DNA of 64,000 nt from Dokdonella sp. (GTDB taxonomy: Bacteria; Pseudomonadota; Gammaproteobacteria; Xanthomonadales; Rhodanobacteraceae). A program made the position numbers and the translations under genes. Shown here piece after piece: positions 37,855-46,315 of the stretch (its first letter is position 1; each line of letters starts with the position of its first letter). The notes under the pieces were generated by a model. It ran no database searches. It had not been told where the DNA came from and saw nothing but the letters and a program-made list of their open reading frames with translations. The stretch spans positions 21,578 through 85,577 of the forward strand of contig JBDSXV010000089.1 of NCBI GenBank assembly GCA_039926025.1, written 5' to 3'.

Positions 37855-39135
37855 TCAGCGCACGAGGAAGAGCGACAAGGCCGGCCAGTAGGTAATGACG
37901 AGTACCGCACCCAGCAGGATCAGGAAAAATGGCAGGCTCGCCCGCACCAGGGTCAACACCGGTTTGTTGAAACGCATGCTCGCAATAAAGAGGTTCATGC
38001 CCACCGGTGGCAGGAAGATGCCCAGTTGCAGGTTGGCGAGAAACAGGATGCCCAAATGCACCGGATCAACGTCATAGTGAAGTGCGACAGGTAGTACCAG
38101 CGGCACCAGAATGATGATCGCTGGAAATCCTTCGAGCAGCATGCCGAACACGAGCAGGAACGCGTTGAGAATCAGCAGGAAGGTAGCCTTGCTGGTGATG
38201 CTGCCCTGGATGGCGCTGAATAGTTTTTCCGGCACTTCGGCATCAATGAGCCAGTTGGTCAACGCGAGCGAGAAACCAAGAATCACCAGAATCGCGCCGA
38301 CCAGCAACATCGCTTCGCGCGCAACCTTGGGCAATTTCGCGAACGCAATCTCGCGACGGATGAAAACTGTCACGACGAGCACGTACAGCGCGGTCGCAGC
38401 GGCAGCTTCCGATGCAGCGAGCTTGCCCGAATAGATGCCGCCCAGGATCACGAACGGCAAAGGCAGTTCCCATGTCGCGCCAATGAAAGCGGCACGCAAC
38501 TCCTTGCCGCTGACGGGCTCGCGCGTAACACCAACGCGGCGCGCGTGCCAGATACTGTAAATCGACAGCAGGGTCACCATCAGGGCGCATGGCAGGATGC
38601 CCGCCTTGAACAAGCCGTCAATTGTGACAGGTGGAGTCGTGTGGAACTGCTGTGCGACGACTCCGTAGAGGATCAGCGGCATCGATGGCACCAGGATCAA
38701 GCCGAGGCTGCCCGAGGCAGTCAGCAGGCCAAGCGAAAACTTCTCGCCGTATTTCTGTTCCAGCAACGCCGGATACAACACCGCGCCGAGCGCGACGATG
38801 GTCACGCCAGTCGCTCCGGTGAATGCAGTGAACATCGCGCAGGCGAGCACAGCAACGATCGCGAGGCCGCCAGGCAACCAGCCGAGCAACGCGTTGGTAA
38901 CTCGTACCAGGCGTTGTGGCGCCTGACTCTCAGCAAGCAGAAATCCCGCCAACGTGAACAGCGGAATCGCGATCAACGCCGGCATATCGGCGAGCCGGTA
39001 GAACTCGACCGCTACAGCGACACCGTCCTGTCCGGCCGAGTGGAAACCCAGCAGCGCGACCGCCGCGATCAGCGCGAACAACGGCGCACCGAATGCAGCG
39101 AGCACGATCAATACGAGGACCACCAGCAGGATCAT
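37855..39135 (-). CDS. dctM: TRAP transporter large permease subunit
   Basis: 426 aa, polytopic with a DctM-like sequence. It has a 4-nt overlap with the dctQ stop. Confidence 0.9.
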   Translation of the reverse strand: MILLVVLVLIVLAAFGAPLFALIAAVALLGFHSAGQDGVAVAVEFYRLADMPALIAIPLFTLAGFLLAESQAPQRLVRVTNALLGWLPGGLAIVAVLACAMFTAFTGATGVTIVALGAVLYPALLEQKYGEKFSLGLLTASGSLGLILVPSMPLILYGVVAQQFHTTPPVTIDGLFKAGILPCALMVTLLSIYSIWHARRVGVTREPVSGKELRAAFIGATWELPLPFVILGGIYSGKLAASEAAAATALYVLVVTVFIRREIAFAKLPKVAREAMLLVGAILVILGFSLALTNWLIDAEVPEKLFSAIQGSITSKATFLLILNAFLLVFGMLLEGFPAIIILVPLVLPVALHYDVDPVHLGILFLANLQLGIFLPPVGMNLFIASMRFNKPVLTLVRASLPFFLILLGAVLVITYWPALSLFLVR

Positions 39136-39635
39136 GGCAACTCCGGAGCCAGCGCAGGCGCGTCGCTGCGCGGCGGCTGGAACGCACGAACCGCAAGGCG
39201 CACCGCGATCAAAGCAAAGCCGATCGGGATGATCGCTTCAATGCACCAGCCTGGAATGCCGGCGATGGCGTTCGTGCCGGCGTAGTCGAGCTTCACCAGG
39301 CCGACGCCATACCAAGCCATCGCGGCCGCGATGCCCGTGGCGAACAGCAGGCTGATTGCGCGCAGGACGCGGCGCGTGCGCCCATGTACAAAGTGCGCGA
39401 CGAAATCGATGCCGATGTGCTTGTCGTCGCGTGCTGCGGCGAGCGCACCGAGCATCGCCGCCCACAGCACCATTGCACGCAGCAGGGGATCGGCCCAGGA
39501 GAGACCGCTGTCGAAGAAATTGCGCAGAACGATCTGCGCACTGGCCAGGACGACCATCGCAAGCACCAGCGACGCGATCACCCCGGTCTCGACGCGCTCC
39601 AGCCAGCGAGTAGCGCCGGTGCCCTCTTCGCTCAC
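39132..39635 (-). CDS. dctQ: TRAP transporter small permease subunit
   Basis: A GTG start overlaps the dctP stop (GTGA). About 167 aa with 4 hydrophobic segments. The ORF-track extension to 39749 overlaps dctP. Confidence 0.8.
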   Translation of the reverse strand: MSEEGTGATRWLERVETGVIASLVLAMVVLASAQIVLRNFFDSGLSWADPLLRAMVLWAAMLGALAAARDDKHIGIDFVAHFVHGRTRRVLRAISLLFATGIAAAMAWYGVGLVKLDYAGTNAIAGIPGWCIEAIIPIGFALIAVRLAVRAFQPPRSDAPALAPELP

Positions 39636-40636
39636 TTCTTGCCACCCCGGACATCGGCGAGCGCCTTGTTGAGCGCGGCGAGCATTTCCGGCGAAAGCGC
39701 ACCCTGGTCCGACAGTTGCTTGAACACATCGGTACCGATCGATTCCCAACTCTTGCTATCGGCAGCATCGGGGGCGGTGATGCGCATTCCTCCCTGCTTC
39801 AACGCCTCGCGCGCCGATGTGTTGTCGCTTCGATTGACTTTCTCGAGTCGGGCGAAGCCTGCGCCGAATTCCGTATCAACCGTCTTGCGATCTTCCACAC
39901 TGAGCGCATCGGTTGCCTTTTTGTCGATGACCAGTTCGCCGACCACGTAGGTCAGTGGCAAGTCGACCATATACTTGAGCTTGGTATGCCACTGAAACGC
40001 AATGGCGCCGGAAGGTGTGTTCGCGGCGGTGTCGATCAAACCGGTCTGCATACTGGTGTAGACGTCCGAGAGCGCCAGCGGGATCGGTGTCACCCCGCCC
40101 GTCTTGAACGCAAGCTCGGCCACCTTGTCACCCTGCGGCACCCACACCTTCGCGGCCTTGAGGTCGTCGCGCGTTTTCAGGTCGCGCGTGCTCATCAGGT
40201 AGGCGAAGCCGCCACCACTGACTCCGACGAGTTCGAAGCCTTCTTTCTCGAATTGCTGTTTCAGCAAGGGATCCAGCTTCGCGCGGACCTGGTCGATTTC
40301 CTCTTCACTTCGGTAGAGGAACGGCAAGCTGTAGATCTGCGCATCCTTCGCGATCACGGCGGCTTCGCCACCTGTAAACGCGCCGCCCTGCAATTGGCCG
40401 ATCTTGATCTTGCGCAGCACGGTCGAATCGTCGCCCATCACGCCGCCGGGGTAGAACTTGACTTCGACGCGTCCCTCGGTCTTCGTCTTGATCGCTTCGC
40501 CAGCGGAGCGCATTTCGCGCATCCACGCGGTGCCATCCGGCGCGATGGTCGCGATCTTGATGGTGGCTGCATCGACTGCGGTGGATGCAAATCCGATCGC
40601 CAGGACCAGTAAACTGTTGCTCAGGATATTCATCAT
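39632..40636 (-). CDS. dctP: TRAP transporter substrate-binding protein (DctP family)
   Basis: The start is MMNILSNSLLVLAIGFASTAVDA (signal peptide). The mature part, IKIATIAPDGTAWMREM...KFYPGGVMGDD..., is typical of DctP-type receptors. Confidence 0.85.
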   Translation of the reverse strand: MMNILSNSLLVLAIGFASTAVDAATIKIATIAPDGTAWMREMRSAGEAIKTKTEGRVEVKFYPGGVMGDDSTVLRKIKIGQLQGGAFTGGEAAVIAKDAQIYSLPFLYRSEEEIDQVRAKLDPLLKQQFEKEGFELVGVSGGGFAYLMSTRDLKTRDDLKAAKVWVPQGDKVAELAFKTGGVTPIPLALSDVYTSMQTGLIDTAANTPSGAIAFQWHTKLKYMVDLPLTYVVGELVIDKKATDALSVEDRKTVDTEFGAGFARLEKVNRSDNTSAREALKQGGMRITAPDAADSKSWESIGTDVFKQLSDQGALSPEMLAALNKALADVRGGKK

Positions 40637-40859
40637 TTGATTCCGGATTCTTGATTCAGCGATAGTGACTCGTGACCCGCCACGCGGGACGACGAAGAGT
40701 GGACTGCAACGCTCATTTCGGAAGCGGCTCGCTCGGATTCTCGGCGCTGGACTTGTCCCTGTCTCGGCCCATAGCAATCGCTAGGGACCTCGCTCCGGGT
40801 CGGCGTCCAGCACAACGATCCGCGTCGCGATCCATCTCCCAAATGAACGCTGCAGCACA

Positions 40860-41729
40860 CTAGAAATAATCCTTGCCCGATTCGAGCAGCTTGCGCGCCC
40901 GTACCTGGGCGACCGTATTGATCAGCGTCAGCCCCGGCGAATGCGGATCTGCCGCGATCGCTTCGTTCAGCAGCTTGTCGTGCAGCTCCTGGTTGAAAAC
41001 CAGCCGCGCATAGTGCTCCGCGTAGAGCACGCGCACCATCTGGTTGTTGCCGTTCGACATTGCAAGAGCCTTCTCGAAGTCCGCCCTGCCCTCCTCCGGT
41101 TTGCCACCCAGCGAAGCAGGTCGAAGCGTCGCGAGCACCCCGAGGATCATGTATGGCTCGCCCCTCGAATAACCCGAATCGAGCGCGACCACGCGCTCGA
41201 CCAGCAGTTGAATTTTCGGCAAATTGGCAATCGCCTTCCAGTCGTCCCGGTTGGATTGCAGACTCCCGGCCCACGAAGAGGCCAGCTGATACAGCGTGGC
41301 CGTATTTTTCACGCTCACCTTCTCGACCTCGGCCTGGAAGGATTCGAATGGCGCATCAAGCTGAGCGCACAAGGCCGGGATATTCACGCAGGTTGCGCGC
41401 CGGGCGTAGCCGAGGCTGCGCGCGGTCAGGCGCTTGGCGCGCTGCGGATCGTCGACGAATGCATTCGCGTACGAGTCGTACAGGCGCGAGCCGGCGATCA
41501 GCAGGTTCGCATTCTGCGGCGAACCCTGGATCAAGCCGTCGACGAGCACGAGCCAGGCCGGCACGCCTTCGCGTGCCGTATCCAGGTCATCCTGATCGAG
41601 GATACCCGCGCTCAGATTGTCCGCGAGGCTCTGGGTTGCGCGATTGACCACACCCGCGCAGCCGTTGAGGCCGAAAGCGGCGATGCACGCTGCGAGGATG
41701 AAGGTTCGTGATGCGTTGTGTGGGTACAT
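40860..41729 (-). CDS. TatT-like (TRAP T-component) helical-repeat lipoprotein
   Basis: 289 aa. Lipobox GLNGC. The all-helical sequence (…GVPAWLVLVDGLIQGSPQNANLLIAGSRLYDSYANAFVDDPQRAKRL…) resembles the TRAP-associated TatT family. It lies directly upstream of dctPQM. Confidence 0.6.
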   Translation of the reverse strand: MYPHNASRTFILAACIAAFGLNGCAGVVNRATQSLADNLSAGILDQDDLDTAREGVPAWLVLVDGLIQGSPQNANLLIAGSRLYDSYANAFVDDPQRAKRLTARSLGYARRATCVNIPALCAQLDAPFESFQAEVEKVSVKNTATLYQLASSWAGSLQSNRDDWKAIANLPKIQLLVERVVALDSGYSRGEPYMILGVLATLRPASLGGKPEEGRADFEKALAMSNGNNQMVRVLYAEHYARLVFNQELHDKLLNEAIAADPHSPGLTLINTVAQVRARKLLESGKDYF

Positions 41730-41799
41730 GTAGGTCTCGGTGAAGCAGAATGAGTGGCGATTTGATTCGCACCGGTGTTCGCAACTGTTTTGCTCGCTT

Positions 41800-42654
41800 T
41801 CAGTCGAAAAAAGTTTCGGCGGCTTCCAGCGTGTTTTCCATCAGCGTTGCCACCGTCATCGGACCGACGCCGCCGGGAACGGGCGTGATCCATGATGCGC
41901 GCTCCGCTGCGGCTGCGAACTCGACGTCGCCGACGAGCCGACCGTCGTCAAGTCTATTGATGCCAACGTCAATGACAACCGCGCCCGGCTTGATCCACTG
42001 CCCCTTGATCAGGCCGGGTTTGCCGGCCGCGACGACGACGATGTCGCCTTGTCGCACCTCTTGTTCGAGGCTTGCGGTGAATTTGTGGCAACCCGTCGTC
42101 GTGCAGCCTGCCAGCAGAAGCTCCAGGATCAACGGTCTGCCCACGTGGTTGGATACGCCAACGACGACCGCCTTGCGCCCGCGCACAGGCCTGTCCGTGT
42201 GTGCAAGCAGGATCATCACGCCCTTCGGTGTGCATGGGCGCAGACCCCGCTGGCGCAGTGCGAGGCGGCCAACGTTTTCGGCCTGGAAGCCGTCCACATC
42301 CTTGCGCGCATCGATGCGGTCGATCAGGGCCGTCGCATTGATGCCGGGTGGCACAGGCAGCTGCAACAGGATGCCGTGCACGTCAGGATCCGCATTCAGG
42401 CGATCGATCAAGGCAACGAGGTCGGCTTCCCTGGTGGTCGCGGGGAGGTCGAAATCGAGCGAACGAAAACCAACATGCTTGCACGACCGCCGCTTGTTGC
42501 GCACGTACACCGCGGACGCCGGGTCGGCACCTACCAGCACGACCGCAAGCCCCGGTACGCGCTTGCCGGCAGCAATGCGCAGCTTGACCCGCGCAGCTAC
42601 GCTGTCGAGCACGTCATCGGCGATGCGGCGGCCGTCGAGGAGTCGCGCGGTCAT
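41800..42654 (-). CDS. folD: bifunctional methylenetetrahydrofolate dehydrogenase / methenyl-THF cyclohydrolase
   Basis: 284 aa. [29 protein letters not shown], and [13 protein letters not shown]. Confidence 0.95.
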   Translation of the reverse strand: MTARLLDGRRIADDVLDSVAARVKLRIAAGKRVPGLAVVLVGADPASAVYVRNKRRSCKHVGFRSLDFDLPATTREADLVALIDRLNADPDVHGILLQLPVPPGINATALIDRIDARKDVDGFQAENVGRLALRQRGLRPCTPKGVMILLAHTDRPVRGRKAVVVGVSNHVGRPLILELLLAGCTTTGCHKFTASLEQEVRQGDIVVVAAGKPGLIKGQWIKPGAVVIDVGINRLDDGRLVGDVEFAAAAERASWITPVPGGVGPMTVATLMENTLEAAETFFD

Positions 42655-42746
42655 TGGGATCCCAGCGGTAAACGGGCATTATCCCATGTCGGCGTCTTCG
42701 CGCTCAAACCATCGTGCGACGGCGCATCCATCGCGAGGAGCGCAGC

Positions 42747-43046
42747 ATGACCGATCTCAACACTGAACTCGAAGCTGCAGCGTTCCGCCGCCTGCTCGAA
42801 CATCTGCGCACGCGCACGGATGTACAGAATATCGACCTGATGATCACGGGCGGCTTCTGTCGCAATTGCCTCGCCGATTGGTATCGCGAGGCGGCCGAGG
42901 CGCGCGGAATGGTGATGGAGAAGGACTCGGCGCGCGAACGCATTTATGGCGAAGATTTCGCATCGTGGAAGGCGAAATATCAGCCGGAGGCGACAACGGA
43001 GCAACTGGCTGCTTTCGCCGACGAGCAGCGAAAGCATCGCGGCTGA
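42747..43046 (+). CDS. DUF1244-family protein
   Basis: The start is MTDLNTELEAAAFRRLLEHLR. The GGFCRNCLADWY motif is characteristic of DUF1244. Confidence 0.8.
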   Translation: MTDLNTELEAAAFRRLLEHLRTRTDVQNIDLMITGGFCRNCLADWYREAAEARGMVMEKDSARERIYGEDFASWKAKYQPEATTEQLAAFADEQRKHRG

Positions 43047-43213
43047 AGCCGCTCCCACAGACGGTTGCTCCCACAAATTTCGATCGTTTTGAATATCGAT
43101 CGTTTCGATTTTCGATCGTTTTGAATTTCGATCGTTTCGATTTTCGATCGTTTTGAATTTCGATCCTGCGGAAATTCTGTTTCTGTGGGAGCGGCTTCAG
43201 CCGCGATGCTTTC
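43030..43213. repeat. 184-bp palindromic element: 31-bp perfect terminal inverted repeats enclosing six phased 16-bp repeats (TCGATCG cores)
   Basis: gaaagcatcgcggctgaagccgctcccacag (43030-43060) is the exact reverse complement of 43183-43213. Between the arms, TCGATC(G/C) recurs at 43080, 43096, 43112, 43128, 43144 and 43160, with alternating unit types (32-bp super-period). The arms cover the stop codons of both convergent genes. Confidence 0.9.
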
Positions 43214-44366
43214 AGGCGGATGCGCAGATCTGCACAACATCCTCGTAACCAGTGAACTGCGCTTGGGCTCCGCATCCAGGACACGCCGGATCGCGCGGCA
43301 GGCGCAGTTCGCGTGATGTTCCCGCCAACGCGTCGTAACACAGGAGCCGGCCAACAAGGGGGATGCCGATGCCAAGCAGCAACTTGAGCGCCTCATTCGC
43401 CTGGAACAGTCCGATGATGCCAGGCAACACCCCGAGCACCCCGGCTTCGCTGCAGTTGGGCGCTTCGGCAGCCGACGGCGGCTCCGGAAACAGGCATCGA
43501 TAGCAGGGTGAATCCTCGCGGCGCGGATCGAACACGCTGGCTTGACCGCTGAAGCGATGCACGGCGCCATAGATCAGTGGCAGGCCCAGACGCAGGCACG
43601 CGGCATTGAGCAGGTAGCGGGTGGAGAAATTGTCGGCACCGTCGATCACGACATCATGATCACGCAGTAGTTCTTCGACATTGGACGCCTTGATGCGTTC
43701 GGTGATGCTGTTGACGTGCACCGAGGGATTCAACGCCACCAGCGCGATGCGTGCGGATTCGGTCTTCGGCGTGCCGACGCGCGCGTCCGTATGAATGACC
43801 TGGCGTTGCAGATTCGATCGTTCGACATGATCGTCGTCGATGATGGTCAGTGATCCCACGCCTGCAGCAGCAAGATACAAGGCTGCCGGCGAACCAAGTC
43901 CGCCCGCACCGATCAGAACAACGCGCGCTGCCGCGAGACGAATCTGCCCGGCAATACCGACACCCGGCAATACCAGATGGCGCGCATAGCGCTCGGCCGA
44001 ATCCGCATCAAGCGCGCCCGGCTCCACGGCGAGACCTTCGGCCTTCCAGCGCGCAAAACCGCCTGTCACGGAAACGCTTCGCCTGTAGCCCAATTCACGC
44101 AAGGTCGCGACCGCAAGCAGAGATCGCTGCCCACTGCCGCAAATGGCGAGAATTTCCTGTTGCGGATCGGCCGCAATTGCGTGGATGCGCTGCTTGATCA
44201 AACCACGCGCGACCCCCACCGCGCCCGCCGCCATGCCGGCGGCGCGTTCGTCGTCTTCGCGCACATCGAGCAAGAGCGCGCCAGCGCGCTGGCGAGCATG
44301 CGCCTCGGCCGGAGTGATTTCCTGTACCTCATCAGCCGCAGACCCACGTTCGGATCGGATTTTCAT
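43212..44366 (-). CDS. moeB: molybdopterin-synthase adenylyltransferase with an N-terminal rhodanese domain
   Basis: The start is MKIRSERG (ATG 44364-44366). Rhodanese active-site loop CGSGQRS, then ThiF/MoeB fold GAGGLGSP...ERSNLQRQ, and two CxxC pairs (CYRC, CPGC). Confidence 0.85.
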   Translation of the reverse strand: MKIRSERGSAADEVQEITPAEAHARQRAGALLLDVREDDERAAGMAAGAVGVARGLIKQRIHAIAADPQQEILAICGSGQRSLLAVATLRELGYRRSVSVTGGFARWKAEGLAVEPGALDADSAERYARHLVLPGVGIAGQIRLAAARVVLIGAGGLGSPAALYLAAAGVGSLTIIDDDHVERSNLQRQVIHTDARVGTPKTESARIALVALNPSVHVNSITERIKASNVEELLRDHDVVIDGADNFSTRYLLNAACLRLGLPLIYGAVHRFSGQASVFDPRREDSPCYRCLFPEPPSAAEAPNCSEAGVLGVLPGIIGLFQANEALKLLLGIGIPLVGRLLCYDALAGTSRELRLPRDPACPGCGAQAQFTGYEDVVQICASA

Positions 44367-44370
44367 GTTT

Positions 44371-45618
44371 TCAGCAAAAACCTGACAGGGACTGGACTTC
44401 GACGACGGAACCGACAGCCAGTTCGCGCACATGCTCCGGCACCACGATCAGCACATCCGCCTCGACGACGCCGCGCAGCATGCCCGAACCCTGCCTCTGC
44501 AACGGCATCGCCCACCAGGCGCCATCATCACGCGCCTCGACCCTCGCGCGCAGGAATTCGCAGCGATCGTGTTTCTTCAGGACTGGAGTCGCAAGCCGCG
44601 CCTTCCATGTACCCGATCCACCCACATCCGCGCCCTGCATCGCCAGCAAGGCAGGCCGCACCAGCGTGAGAAACGTTGCGATGGTCGATACCGGATTGCC
44701 TGGCAGCGCGAACACGAGCGCGCCGCCGATATCACCGCAGAGCAGCGGCATGCCCGGCTTCATGCGTACTTTCCAGAAATGGATCTTCCCGAGTTCAGCG
44801 ACGACGCCCGGCAAAAAATCTGCCTCGCCCGCCGATACGCCACCGCTGCTGATGACCACGTCGCAACGGTCGGCCGCTTCGCGCAAGGCAACACGCAATG
44901 CGTCCGCGTCATCGCGCAGGTGTGCAACAGGCTCGGGTTCAATGCCCAATTCACGCAGCATGGCGCCGAGGGTGTAGCGATTGCTGTCGTGGATCTGGCC
45001 GTATGCAAGCGTCTGGTCCGGCGGTACGAGTTCGTCGCCCGTCACAAACAAGGCAACTCGAGGTCGACGCGCCACCTTCACCTGCGTGCATCCGCACGCC
45101 GCCAGGACACCCAGATGTGCTGGCCCGAGACGCGCGCCAGAACGCATCGCGACATCTCCAGCACGGTAGTCTTCGCCAGCCGGACGCACATTGGCGCCGG
45201 CCAGCTCGCCGGCGCAGACGACGATGTGGTCGCCGTCGATGCGCACGTTCTCCTTGATCACGACCGTGTCCGCGCCGGACGGCAACGGAGCCCCAGTCGT
45301 TATGCGCACACACTCGCCTGCAGCAAAGACGGGTTCGACGGGCGCGCCCGCGAGTACCGCACCTGACACGCGGAAGCACGTTTCGCCCTGGACGGGAAGT
45401 TCGCTGCCGCGCAACGCGTAGCCATCCATGGCGGAATTGGCGAATGGTGGTAGATCGTGGGGTACCAACATGTCCGCCGCGAGCGTGCGGCCGAGTGCGT
45501 TGTCGAGGTCGACCGACTCGGGCTGCATGCGCTTTTGCGCGCCGAGTTCGCGAACCAGCGACCGCGCTTCGTCGACGGACAACTGCGTCGCGAACTCAAG
45601 ATTTGTCGAGATCGGCAT
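44371..45618 (-). CDS. moeA: molybdopterin molybdotransferase
   Basis: The likely start is MPISTNLEFATQLSVDEAR. MoeA blocks are SAMDGYA, GADTVV, ISSGGVSAGEADF and GLPGNPVS. It overlaps the mobA 3' end. Confidence 0.9.
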   Translation of the reverse strand: MPISTNLEFATQLSVDEARSLVRELGAQKRMQPESVDLDNALGRTLAADMLVPHDLPPFANSAMDGYALRGSELPVQGETCFRVSGAVLAGAPVEPVFAAGECVRITTGAPLPSGADTVVIKENVRIDGDHIVVCAGELAGANVRPAGEDYRAGDVAMRSGARLGPAHLGVLAACGCTQVKVARRPRVALFVTGDELVPPDQTLAYGQIHDSNRYTLGAMLRELGIEPEPVAHLRDDADALRVALREAADRCDVVISSGGVSAGEADFLPGVVAELGKIHFWKVRMKPGMPLLCGDIGGALVFALPGNPVSTIATFLTLVRPALLAMQGADVGGSGTWKARLATPVLKKHDRCEFLRARVEARDDGAWWAMPLQRQGSGMLRGVVEADVLIVVPEHVRELAVGSVVEVQSLSGFC

Positions 45619-46276
45619 AGGCTGCAAATTCGGCGGGCGTGTTGAGGTTATGAAACTGCCGGCGGCAGTCGGAGAAATCAAGCTCGCGTGTGCCAATAGC
45701 GTCTTGCCAGGACCAGACGCCCCGCCCCATCGCGGCGGCTTGCGCGGCGGAACCGGCAAGCTGTCGACGATAGATCGCGAATAACGGCTGGCGCCGTTCG
45801 CCATCGTGCGCGACGACCCCGTCGGCGGCACCAGCCGATACCGCCTGAAGCAGTCGGCTTGCGAGATCGCGCGGAGGTCGCGGGCAATCGACGGGCACCG
45901 TCATCAGCCACGGCGTGGTGCAGAATGCGAGTGCACTTGCGATGCCGGCGAGCGGCCCACGAAAACCGGCTACGTCATCGCTGATCGTCGTCGCATACTG
46001 CGAATAGGCTTCGATATTCCGATTCGCGACAATCAGCAAATTACTGTCGCCCAGCGCATCAGCGGATGCGCGTTCGGACGCAATCCTTTCGCGATCAACT
46101 TGCAATGAGAGCAACAATGCAGCTGAAGCTGCTCCAGCTTCCATGGTTCGGACAGAGTCAACAAGCCAGGCGATCAGAGGACGGCCATCGAGCGGTTCGA
46201 GCCCCTTGTCGCGCCCCCCGAGGCGCGATGCGGCGCCGCCGGCGAGGATGGCAGTCGTGATCGACGTCGCTTGCAT
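45596..46276 (-). CDS. mobA: molybdenum cofactor guanylyltransferase
   Basis: 226 aa. AILAGGAASRLGGRDKGL and VPVDCP. It carries a ~30-aa insertion relative to the ~195-aa E. coli protein (inference from length and sequence). Confidence 0.85.
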   Translation of the reverse strand: MQATSITTAILAGGAASRLGGRDKGLEPLDGRPLIAWLVDSVRTMEAGAASAALLLSLQVDRERIASERASADALGDSNLLIVANRNIEAYSQYATTISDDVAGFRGPLAGIASALAFCTTPWLMTVPVDCPRPPRDLASRLLQAVSAGAADGVVAHDGERRQPLFAIYRRQLAGSAAQAAAMGRGVWSWQDAIGTRELDFSDCRRQFHNLNTPAEFAAYADLDKS

Positions 46277-46315
46277 CAGCTCGTCTCTTGAGCGCCTTGT
46301 TTCAGCGTTGGTTCT

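Noticed and set aside
43080-43175. Regularly spaced short repeats that superficially look like a CRISPR array.
   Set aside because: The period is only 16 bp, the inter-repeat segments are themselves repeated (so there are no unique spacers), no cas genes are present, and the array sits inside a long inverted repeat.
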